DNA of 64,000 nucleotides from a virus (Duplodnaviria; Caudoviricetes): IMG/VR virus record IMGVR_UViG_3300033068_001265, positions 1 to 64,000 of that record; one strand, 5' to 3'. Shown piece by piece: positions 56,387 to 64,000 of this stretch (position 1 is its first letter; each line of letters starts with the position of its first letter). The notes under the pieces were generated by a model. It saw only the letters and a program-made list of their open reading frames with translations, ran no database searches and was not told where the DNA came from. The position numbers and the translations under genes were made by a program.

Positions 56387-56874
56387 TCAATAATACCATC
56401 TGCAATAGCATAATCCCTAGCCCTGAGGGTATCTATGTAATAAGAAGACACCATATTAGTCGAAGCCAAGTTAGCGAGAATTAGGTCCCGCTCCTTCATG
56501 TAAGCATCAAGCAGTCCCTTGAGGACCTGTGCTGATTGCTGGGTTTCATACTCAACAGGACCAGCTTTAGCTCTGAATACCGTCTTCATCTGCATCAGTT
56601 GATTCTTTACAACATCCATACAGGCATAAAGAACTACTAAATACTGCAACTCGAACGATAAATCGTCCCCGCCAGCATCAATGGGGGTAACCATTCCGTC
56701 CTCATCTGAGGTGTACCCAGTAATCACCTGATCCAGAGTGGCGTGCCAAAAAGCATTCTTTAGCTTCCCAACCCACTCATCATCAGTGGCGTTAGCATAT
56801 TGGGAGGCTGATCCGGGAATGCTAAGCGCCGCCTCAATGTTAGGCACTAAGTCATATAAATCAACAGCCATCAA
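56371..56874 (-). CDS. putative head-to-tail adaptor
   Basis: Context; KAGPVEYETQ motif. Confidence 0.55.
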   Translation of the reverse strand: MMAVDLYDLVPNIEAALSIPGSASQYANATDDEWVGKLKNAFWHATLDQVITGYTSDEDGMVTPIDAGGDDLSFELQYLVVLYACMDVVKNQLMQMKTVFRAKAGPVEYETQQSAQVLKGLLDAYMKERDLILANLASTNMVSSYYIDTLRARDYAIADGIIDWVAY

Positions 56875-56890
56875 CAGCCTCCCGAATCAA

Positions 56891-57382
56891 TCAACCAGGC
56901 GTAACTTTAACAGGCTCAGTCGGGAAAATTTGCTTTCCCACCTTGGATGGAACAACCTCTTCCAGGCGTGCCGCAGCAGCCTTCACCTGAGCCAGTGTCG
57001 CCTTCGTGTCATCCTCTTCAGAAATGGCAACAATTCGATCCAAGGCAGCTGGATTCACAATCTCACCTAGACGGGTCTTGAACTTGGCAGCGGAAAGATT
57101 AAAAAGATCCCGCATATCCTGCTCCGACATGTTGTTCGGATTGTTGGCGTGCTCGGCATAATCCTCAGCAGATTCAATCAGCCTCACAGGAATAAGTGAT
57201 CCGTTCTTAAACACATCCACTTCCTCGCTCGTTGCTCGGTCTGAATTGATATGACGTTCTTCGACCGTTACCGAAACCTTGCCATCAGGACGAACCCGCT
57301 CTGATCGCAGCTGGTTGCGTGGATCATAGGTGAGAATCCAGATGGTTGACCGTGTGGCATTTGACCACGTTTCTTTTTCCAT
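56891..57382 (-). CDS. hypothetical protein of the head module
   Basis: SD AGGAG. Confidence 0.6.
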   Translation of the reverse strand: MEKETWSNATRSTIWILTYDPRNQLRSERVRPDGKVSVTVEERHINSDRATSEEVDVFKNGSLIPVRLIESAEDYAEHANNPNNMSEQDMRDLFNLSAAKFKTRLGEIVNPAALDRIVAISEEDDTKATLAQVKAAAARLEEVVPSKVGKQIFPTEPVKVTPG

Positions 57383-57399
57383 ATCGTGCTCCTAAGCTA

Positions 57400-57570
57400 A
57401 CTAAGGAATTAACGTCAGGTTGACTTCCTCCCCCACCTAAATGAGGGATTCCTACGCGGCACGGTCACGCGACCAGATCCGTTCGGCGGGTTCCTGCTTC
57501 ACAGGGGTCTGCTTCACTAAGGCGAAGTCTTACGTCCCCTCCACAGGCGTTTAGAGTCTCCGCTAGCCCA
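57400..57570 (-). ncRNA. predicted TnpB omegaRNA; guide = flank CCTGACGTTAATTCCTTAGT (57419-57400)
   Basis: Established reRNA architecture (tnpB 3' end + right-end hairpin + TCAA + flank); 5' boundary is approximate. Confidence 0.6.
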
Positions 57571-58830
57571 GCGGCGACCACAATGTTCACAGCGGCGTTG
57601 TAATCCCGATCCAACCGGGTGCCGCAACCACTACACGTCCATTCTCGAACCGACAGTGGTTTCTTTCCGTCAAGCGTTCCGCACACAGAACAAACCTGTG
57701 AAGTTGGTTCCCACTGCGAAACGACATAAACCTCTCGACCATACTCGGCCGTTTTCTCATGGACAAGGCGGAACAAAATGCCCCAACCTGCATCGTGAAC
57801 GGATTTAGCCAAACGGGTGCGAGCCAGTCCTTTCACGTTCAGTCCCTCAATCGCTACCGCTTGGTTCTCACGGACAAGACGAAGGGCGAGCTTATGATGA
57901 TGGTCGAGGCGGGCCTCCCGGACTTTCCGGTGGTGCGTAGCTACCCGTTTGCGCGCCTTGGCTCGGTTTTTTGATCCTTTCTGTTTGCGTGACAGGTCAC
58001 GTTGTGCTCGGGCGAGGCGGCGTTCCGCTTTGCGGAAATGGCGAGCGTTTTCGATACGTTCACGGGTGCCGTCAGAACGAACAATGCAAGCCAGGTGGGT
58101 CAGCCCCACATCTACACCGACAACCGTGTTTGCTGGCGGCGGCTCAACCGGGGCGACTTCCACTACGAACGACACGTAGTAACGCCCATCCGGTTCCTGT
58201 ATTAGTGTCACACTCGACGGTTCTGACGGTAACGGCCGCGACAAATTGAATCGGACGCGACCAATCTTGGACAACGCTACGTGGCCGACCCCGTGAGTTG
58301 TTTCAATTACCCTAAAAGCGTTGCGGGTGAACCGCGCTGACTGACGGTTCGATCGACGCCGGAGTCGTGGTGGACGTATCTTAGGACCTTTGCGTTTCCC
58401 GGTTAAAGAATCGAAGAAGTTTCGGTAGCCCTTGTTGAGGTCGGCTAGCGCCTGTTGAAGCGGTACAGCAGACACGTCAGCCAGCCACGCCCGTTCCGGT
58501 GTTCGCTTCGATTCGGTCAGCATGGCGGATAGTTCACCCCGGTTTGGGACCTTTTCTCCGTCACGTCGTGCGGTTTCGCGTGCCATCAATGCATCATTGA
58601 ACACTACGCGACAACATCCAAACAGGCGGGCTATCGGGTCTATTTGCCCTTTTGTTGGATAAGCCCTGTATCGGTACCGCTTCAACATTTACGCCGATAG
58701 TGGTATAGATGTCATGGTTGATGAACCCCCATCAGGGTCACATGGAGTACGGCTGGCGGGGCACTCTCGCCAAAGATCGTAATGAGATTCTTACGCATAG
58801 CAACAACTCTACTTGACGCCCCCCGTCCCA
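57420..58830 (-). mobile_element. non-autonomous IS605/IS1341-type element (left end uncertain)
   Basis: Right end GGAATCCCTC-ATTTAGGT-GGGGGAGGAAGTCAA ending at 57420; no intact tnpA; looks GC-richer than its flanks. Confidence 0.75.
57465..58688 (-). CDS. tnpB: IS200/IS605 RNA-guided endonuclease TnpB
   Basis: HTH (RYRYRAYPT..FGCCRVVFN), RuvC-I GVDVG, RuvC-II IEGL, Zn finger CSVC/CSGC, RuvC-III DRDYNAA. Confidence 0.95.
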   Translation of the reverse strand: MLKRYRYRAYPTKGQIDPIARLFGCCRVVFNDALMARETARRDGEKVPNRGELSAMLTESKRTPERAWLADVSAVPLQQALADLNKGYRNFFDSLTGKRKGPKIRPPRLRRRSNRQSARFTRNAFRVIETTHGVGHVALSKIGRVRFNLSRPLPSEPSSVTLIQEPDGRYYVSFVVEVAPVEPPPANTVVGVDVGLTHLACIVRSDGTRERIENARHFRKAERRLARAQRDLSRKQKGSKNRAKARKRVATHHRKVREARLDHHHKLALRLVRENQAVAIEGLNVKGLARTRLAKSVHDAGWGILFRLVHEKTAEYGREVYVVSQWEPTSQVCSVCGTLDGKKPLSVREWTCSGCGTRLDRDYNAAVNIVVAAGLAETLNACGGDVRLRLSEADPCEAGTRRTDLVA

Positions 58831-58864
58831 AAACCTATGGAAGCCGCCCGAAGGCGGCTTCCAT
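58830..58864 (-). terminator. terminator after the major capsid gene
   Basis: ATGGAAGCCGCC-TTCG-GGCGGCTTCCAT then AGGTTTT. Confidence 0.7.
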
Positions 58865-58887
58865 GAGGCAACGCTGATTTAGAGAAA

Positions 58888-59853
58888 TCAGGCAGCGATA
58901 GAAGTATCGACCACACGAGCCAAACGAGACGAATCCCGCACAACCATGCCGACTTCACGCCGAACTCGGTAGTGCCAGAAGTCATTTTCTTGCTCGATCC
59001 AGTCAGCGCTTTTCAATCCACCCCAGAAAACTGTAGTGGAAGAATCAGGTGCAACCACGAACAGTTCATTCGCAGGGAAGAACGCATCATTGTTCTCGTC
59101 CTTGTAGTTCTTGAGAGCAACGATGTTTGCACCCAGGAACGAACCGAGAACGCCACGCCGAACCATGTCTTCATTGGTTTCGGGGATGAACCCTGAACCG
59201 TTGTAAGAGGTGCCCATCAGGTCATGCATGATCTGACGAGTCATGGTGGGGCGACCAACGATTGCGATTTGACCCGAATCGGACGCATCCTCAACAGCAG
59301 CGATCGCATCAGAGACCGTTGCAATTGAAACGCCAGAACCCGAGTGGTAGTTCGGGTGACCCGAACCAACCGCAGCCTGAAGGACGGTCAGGAACCGCTG
59401 ATTGATGGCAGCATCCATGCGCTGAATGCCGAGGTCGATGAGGGTAGACGCAGTCTCACCGAAGTTTGCTTCCAGCTTATCCAGGAACTCATAAACATGG
59501 AACCCGAGAATGTCACCCTCGATCTCAGCAGTCTCACGATGAACGGTCGATGCTTCGATGTAACCACCGCGTGCAAGCCAGAATGCCTTTAGACCACGCA
59601 CCTCAGACCATGTGACCCGCTCACCCATCGCAGCATTGACTACGTTAGAGAACAGCGAAATGATGTTCTCGTGAGTGAATCCCTTGTAAACCGTGTTGCT
59701 CATCTCCTGAGCACGGTCATGTAGCCACTGATCGTTGTCGATGTTGAGTCGAGCTTCCTCGTTCAGTGCCTGAAGTTTACGCCCCAGAGCCTCCTTCTCT
59801 TCAGAGGTTGCGGAGCTATTACCATGAATAGTGTAACGAGACATATCAGACAC
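58888..59853 (-). CDS. major capsid protein
   Basis: Order portal-protease-scaffold-decoration-capsid; SD GAGGAGG; 321 aa; followed by a terminator. Confidence 0.8.
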   Translation of the reverse strand: MSDMSRYTIHGNSSATSEEKEALGRKLQALNEEARLNIDNDQWLHDRAQEMSNTVYKGFTHENIISLFSNVVNAAMGERVTWSEVRGLKAFWLARGGYIEASTVHRETAEIEGDILGFHVYEFLDKLEANFGETASTLIDLGIQRMDAAINQRFLTVLQAAVGSGHPNYHSGSGVSIATVSDAIAAVEDASDSGQIAIVGRPTMTRQIMHDLMGTSYNGSGFIPETNEDMVRRGVLGSFLGANIVALKNYKDENNDAFFPANELFVVAPDSSTTVFWGGLKSADWIEQENDFWHYRVRREVGMVVRDSSRLARVVDTSIAA

Positions 59854-59857
59854 CTCC

Positions 59858-60430
59858 TCAGAAGTTCAGACGGGCTTCAACCTCGCCCGTATCGTTGTTG
59901 ACGGATGTAACAATCAGCCATGCTTCAGAGGCTGTTGAAGTCTCAGCCCAATAACCAGCAGAATCACTGCCAGTGCCGGGGGTTAGCATGTCTCCAGCGG
60001 CAACCGTAGGGGTTGCCTGACCAATCCCCGCCACCATCTTACGAGTTGCGGGATAGTCACTGCGGAAGAGGAATGTATCTTCGGTGGTGTTCTTGAGGAC
60101 TACCTTGACATCTTCACCACTGATAAGCTGGCAAGCCTTAGCTGCCGGTGCGGTGTCAACATCTGAGTAGGTGTTCTGGACGGGATCTAGCCCATTGACG
60201 TTCAGGTGCTCATAAACAACAATGCCACCCTTGCCAGGCAAAGGCTTATCCTGAGCGCCGGTAGCTAGCTGAAGACCCTGACGACCTAGACCGTCATTGC
60301 CTCCCGAGAGAACGACGGGTGCCCCGATTGGAATAGCAGTCGCACCAGCGTTGTAGTAACGCGCCTGACGCTGCCCACCCTTCGGAGTAACCCGAAAATC
60401 AAAGTTACGACCATATGAGGACATATTCAA
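59858..60430 (-). CDS. capsid decoration/cement protein (start probably 60424)
   Basis: Gly/Thr-rich beta protein directly before the capsid gene; SD AGGAGG. Confidence 0.6.
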   Translation of the reverse strand: MNMSSYGRNFDFRVTPKGGQRQARYYNAGATAIPIGAPVVLSGGNDGLGRQGLQLATGAQDKPLPGKGGIVVYEHLNVNGLDPVQNTYSDVDTAPAAKACQLISGEDVKVVLKNTTEDTFLFRSDYPATRKMVAGIGQATPTVAAGDMLTPGTGSDSAGYWAETSTASEAWLIVTSVNNDTGEVEARLNF

Positions 60431-60445
60431 CCCTCCTTTCTAAAA

Positions 60446-61162
60446 TCAGATGTGGATTTCACGGATATTGATGCCACGATTGCGGGCGTCAAAAACGTCC
60501 GATGCAACCGAAACATTCGAACGCTCGGAACGAACGTTCTCGACAGCAGTCTCAGCGACCTTCTCAACCTCATCCTCGGTCGAAACCTCGGTCTCAGAAG
60601 CGGTTGCCGCAGGGACGATTGCTCGAAGATCGTCTAGGAAAGAATCGAAGTCCTCATCGGACATCGCAACCCAACGATCGATCTTCTCATCGATCTTTTC
60701 GTCACTAAAGGACGCAGCATCCTTCACAGCATCACGCCGAGAGGCCTTCAGGCCCTCAAGACGCTCAGCCTCAAGACGTGCAGCCTCAAGCTCATCGAAA
60801 TAACTCAAGGTGTCTGCAAGAGCCTTCTCCGCAGCAGCTACCTTGGCATCTGCGATATCAAGAGCACTCTGCATCTCAGCAATCTGACCATCAAGTTCAG
60901 CCTTCTCTGACTCGGTGGTCAGTTCATCAAGCTTCCCCTGAAGTTCAGCTACCTTGAGATTGGCAGCTTCCTGAATGGGAGTAACAGCCTCTTTGACAGC
61001 AGCAGTAAATTCATCTTCAGTATAGGTCTTCATGTCACCCCCTTCGGGATTTGTTTGAACGGTAACGGTTCCACTACAGAAGCTGCAATTAGCTTCATCA
61101 TGGGCGACATCATCAGGTTTGATAGCCATTAGCTGGTCATGCTGCTCTTTGAGAGTAGTCAT
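60446..61162 (-). CDS. capsid scaffolding protein
   Basis: Acidic coiled coil between the protease and capsid genes. Confidence 0.7.
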   Translation of the reverse strand: MTTLKEQHDQLMAIKPDDVAHDEANCSFCSGTVTVQTNPEGGDMKTYTEDEFTAAVKEAVTPIQEAANLKVAELQGKLDELTTESEKAELDGQIAEMQSALDIADAKVAAAEKALADTLSYFDELEAARLEAERLEGLKASRRDAVKDAASFSDEKIDEKIDRWVAMSDEDFDSFLDDLRAIVPAATASETEVSTEDEVEKVAETAVENVRSERSNVSVASDVFDARNRGINIREIHI

Positions 61163-61232
61163 ACAAACACCTTTCAGACGCCTGCCAAATTAACGACACC
61201 ACCTGTTAAAATTGTAGATTTCTGTCTTGGGC

Positions 61233-62078
61233 TTATTCCCAAGAAGTCGCTAGAAACTGATTAGCTACATACATAGAAATTAAGCTGGGTGGGGTCCGGT
61301 ACTCTTCTTGCTCTTTTGCCGTAGCTAATTGATCCGCTAAAGCATCAAACTGTAAGGCCCACATAACAGTTTCCCATTGAGCGGGACTCTGATGGGGGGC
61401 CTCAATAGCGATAGAAGCAAGTAGTTCCTCTTTTTGTTCATCAGTGGTCAACTTGGACATATCTTTGATTTCAGCATTAGACCATCCAGGTCTATCGGGG
61501 GGAATAATCAACCCCGCCCCCAGAAAGTGTGGATTATCCATCTGTCGATAAGTTTGATGCTGTTGAATGTGCTGACAGTAGCTGTCGCTCATTGGTCCCT
61601 GGTACTGGAAACTTTCCCCACAGGAGCCCTCGCCAACACAAGTAATTGTATCTGAGATTGCTTCCATTGATTCCCAGAGGTTACCTGCTTTGTAGGCTGT
61701 TTCAATTTGCTCTAACTCGTTTGGGAAATAGTATTTCCAAAAGGCTCCGACAGTCTCCACATATGGATTCCCCTCATCAGAGGGATAAATCATTTCAGAG
61801 GCTACAACTGTTCCAACTACGTCATGTTGGCGATGACCCATATTCATAGGAGTATGGTGTACAGTATCGTGCTTTAGTTGGAGATCCTTGAGGGTCCAGT
61901 ATTGACCGTTTCTATTGGCGTTGTCAGCTTCAACGTAGCGACCAATAACCCACTTAATGAACTTATTGGTCTTGATGTGCTTACCAGCCCAATCTGAAGC
62001 AACGTCACGATCATCATCAACTAGTCGAGCTAGACTCGAAATGAACACAGCATCATCTGACTCAACCACAATTGACAT
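61233..62078 (-). CDS. capsid maturation protease
   Basis: NANRNGQ, PMNMGH..DVVG, SME, FLGAGLI; context. Confidence 0.65.
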   Translation of the reverse strand: MSIVVESDDAVFISSLARLVDDDRDVASDWAGKHIKTNKFIKWVIGRYVEADNANRNGQYWTLKDLQLKHDTVHHTPMNMGHRQHDVVGTVVASEMIYPSDEGNPYVETVGAFWKYYFPNELEQIETAYKAGNLWESMEAISDTITCVGEGSCGESFQYQGPMSDSYCQHIQQHQTYRQMDNPHFLGAGLIIPPDRPGWSNAEIKDMSKLTTDEQKEELLASIAIEAPHQSPAQWETVMWALQFDALADQLATAKEQEEYRTPPSLISMYVANQFLATSWE

Positions 62079-62094
62079 AATTGGACCTCCGAGA

Positions 62095-62104
62095 AATTAA
62101 CGAC
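62095..62104 (-). promoter_or_regulatory. candidate late-promoter motif GTCGTTAATT
   Basis: Related copies at 61188-61197, 57407-57416 and 50429-50438, each 16-29 nt upstream of a virion-gene start. Confidence 0.5.
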
Positions 62105-62107
62105 TCA

Positions 62108-62671
62108 CTAACCCCATTGATCAGCCATGGCATTTGCAATACCCATGTATGTGATAGACCTGAGCTTGGCTCTGTCTGGAGAAGGCCCCAGCTTGTTCTG
62201 TCCGGATGGGGTCTGGTTTGCGTACACTTTCTTCTGGATCACATCAGTTGAAACCAGTTTTGGTAAGTTCTTCAGCCACAAGCAGGTTTTCTTGGATGCG
62301 TCCTCACCGAATTGCCAAGGTTGAATGATTTGATCAGGTTTCCTGATCCGTGATGAAATGACTCCTACAGGGTTCTCTAAGGCTATTTTGGGTATTTCTG
62401 CGGTTAACAGCAGCGCCACGAACTCAAGGGCCTCTTGCTGCTCTATCTCTCTGTCCTTAAACCACCTAGCGCCAGAAACAGCCAAGAAGGTGCAGGGGGG
62501 ATGGGCTATCATCAGGTCCCATCCGTCACCGAGAATATCCCTAACATCACCTTGGTAATGAGGGCCGGGTCTATCTGAATCCAAGAAATCGCAAGAAAGA
62601 GCGTCGTGTCCTCTTTCTATGAAGGCGTCCCTAACAACCCCACTGAACTCGCAAGCAACTAGAACCTTCAT
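62108..62671 (-). CDS. C5-cytosine methyltransferase-like phage protein (short type)
   Basis: MKVLVACEFSG, HPPCT, ENP, KKTCLWL, RSITYMGIANAMADQWG. Confidence 0.75.
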   Translation of the reverse strand: MKVLVACEFSGVVRDAFIERGHDALSCDFLDSDRPGPHYQGDVRDILGDGWDLMIAHPPCTFLAVSGARWFKDREIEQQEALEFVALLLTAEIPKIALENPVGVISSRIRKPDQIIQPWQFGEDASKKTCLWLKNLPKLVSTDVIQKKVYANQTPSGQNKLGPSPDRAKLRSITYMGIANAMADQWG

Positions 62672-64000
62672 TTTTCCCTAGGGGTCTTATCATCTCCCCG
62701 AGGTGGATTGGTACGCTGGGATTCCCTATTCATTCCCCCACCATTCTTTCGACCACCACCACGACGGCCAGCTACACGCTGAGATGTGGGAGCAGGACCG
62801 GAGGGGGCATTATCAGGGGAACCTTCACCCATTTGCTTCTCATCCAAAGACCGCTGTTCGGCTTCAATCTGCTCAGCTTGGAAAATCTCGTTGTAGAACT
62901 CATTCTCCCGCTGTACTTTCACAGCCTCATCTGCTTCCAGAATGTCCAACTCAGCCAGCATCGTGTCCCTGGAAAGATCCCTGGCGTCTCTTAGATCCAT
63001 CATGAATGTGGCGATGTTCGGATCGAAAGCAAGGGCAATCCGCCGTGGGTAGAACTGAAGTTTGGGTTCCTCGGTGAACACATCATTTTTATCGAAAATC
63101 TGCTTAAGAATATGTTTCGCAATGCTGTCTCGAATGGTGTCTCTGCGGGCCTCCATCGAAGCTGAAATAACTTGAAATAACTTAATAGAGTTGTCTGCTG
63201 CCGTCCCACTCGAATAATTTCCGGAGGCCAAGATTTGGTACAACCTTGATGTAATACGAGAATCAAGAGCGTTATAACGTTCAGCAGCAAGAGTCTTATC
63301 TGTCTTAGGCGTAATAATTTCCACCTCGACAGTATGGTCTGTTACCAAAATGGGCTGACGGGCAGTGCCACCCACTTGGGTGGCTAACCTCTGAAGGTCG
63401 GATTGCTTTGCTGGGTGATCATCAGAACCACGCTTGACCAAGATGATGGCGTTAGTGCTCCCGATCAGACTGGCTCGATCCATCTGGCGGAGTTGATTCT
63501 TCAAATCTAGTAACTCAAAAACGGATTCCATCCGAACGTCAGCAAATCGCTGATAATCCGGTCTTGTAGCTGTAATGCGCCACACATTGTCAGGGTCAAG
63601 TTCAAACGCGTTTACACCCATCAAAACTGACTCACCAGTTATTTCTTGGATGAGTTCCTTTTCTGAAGGGCTCAAATCATATCGGCCCTTGAATAGGGTT
63701 TTAACAACCAGATCGGATGAGTTCTTGTTCGCAAGGGATTCATCTAGATTTTTAGCTTCCCCTGGCCCAGCCAGGTAAATTAACTTCTCGTCCCCAAACA
63801 TGAAGGACCCAACGGGAATGACCTTACAAGGGTCTAATAGTGTAATCCCACGCGGAACCTTGATGGTGAACTTCTTCTTGGATTTGGTCCCGTTGGGGGT
63901 CTTCCCACGAACTGTGTAAGTCTTGTTCTGCCACAAAATAGCTGGGTAGCACTGTGAGATTGTGAACAGTTCACGCCAAATTTCCCTCATCCGCTGAGCG
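62668..64000 (-). CDS. portal protein (5'-partial)
   Basis: Open to the window edge; upstream of the protease; LLDPCKV, SRDTMLAELD, disordered tail. Confidence 0.7.
   Translation of the reverse strand, partial: AQRMREIWRELFTISQCYPAILWQNKTYTVRGKTPNGTKSKKKFTIKVPRGITLLDPCKVIPVGSFMFGDEKLIYLAGPGEAKNLDESLANKNSSDLVVKTLFKGRYDLSPSEKELIQEITGESVLMGVNAFELDPDNVWRITATRPDYQRFADVRMESVFELLDLKNQLRQMDRASLIGSTNAIILVKRGSDDHPAKQSDLQRLATQVGGTARQPILVTDHTVEVEIITPKTDKTLAAERYNALDSRITSRLYQILASGNYSSGTAADNSIKLFQVISASMEARRDTIRDSIAKHILKQIFDKNDVFTEEPKLQFYPRRIALAFDPNIATFMMDLRDARDLSRDTMLAELDILEADEAVKVQRENEFYNEIFQAEQIEAEQRSLDEKQMGEGSPDNAPSGPAPTSQRVAGRRGGGRKNGGGMNRESQRTNPPRGDDKTPREK

Noticed and set aside
57465-58688. Cas12f or nuclease-dead TldR
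   Set aside because: No CRISPR array, an IS right end is present, and the RuvC D-E-D triad is intact

Overview
A 64-kb slice of a large, apparently lytic, long-tailed dsDNA phage (siphovirus-like). The host is probably an actinobacterium: there is a WhiB gene, and a tail protein has Acidimicrobiia-type GYW...FGDA repeats. Two convergent blocks meet at a bidirectional hairpin near 17.3 kb. The + strand (1-17255) holds accessory/early genes: an octapeptide-repeat protein, a CX5R phosphatase, RuvB-like ATPase, Ku, ATP-dependent DNA ligase, MoxR AAA + VWA pair, many small ORFs and a lipoprotein lytic transglycosylase. The - strand (64000 to 17256) runs from portal, protease, scaffold, decoration and major capsid genes through a solo IS605 tnpB, head-tail genes, a glycosyltransferase, major tail protein and a frameshifted tail chaperone to a 3.5k-aa tape measure and tail-tip proteins. 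It then continues into replication/recombination genes: exonuclease, AAA_24, SSB, tRNA-Thr, intein-containing primase-helicase, WhiB, HNH, RNA ligase, split DnaE, RecA and an MTase. The most unusual points are: (i) a tape measure protein with ~1900 aa of N-terminal cargo, including a zincin HExxH peptidase and an ART-like domain; (ii) DnaE split at its catalytic motif, with a degenerate duplicated palm segment and no intein or intron; (iii) a RuvB-Ku-ligase module with no RuvA/RuvC in the window; (iv) a TnpB whose predicted guide covers a recurring candidate late-promoter motif. All family calls come from motif recognition by eye; no searches were run.
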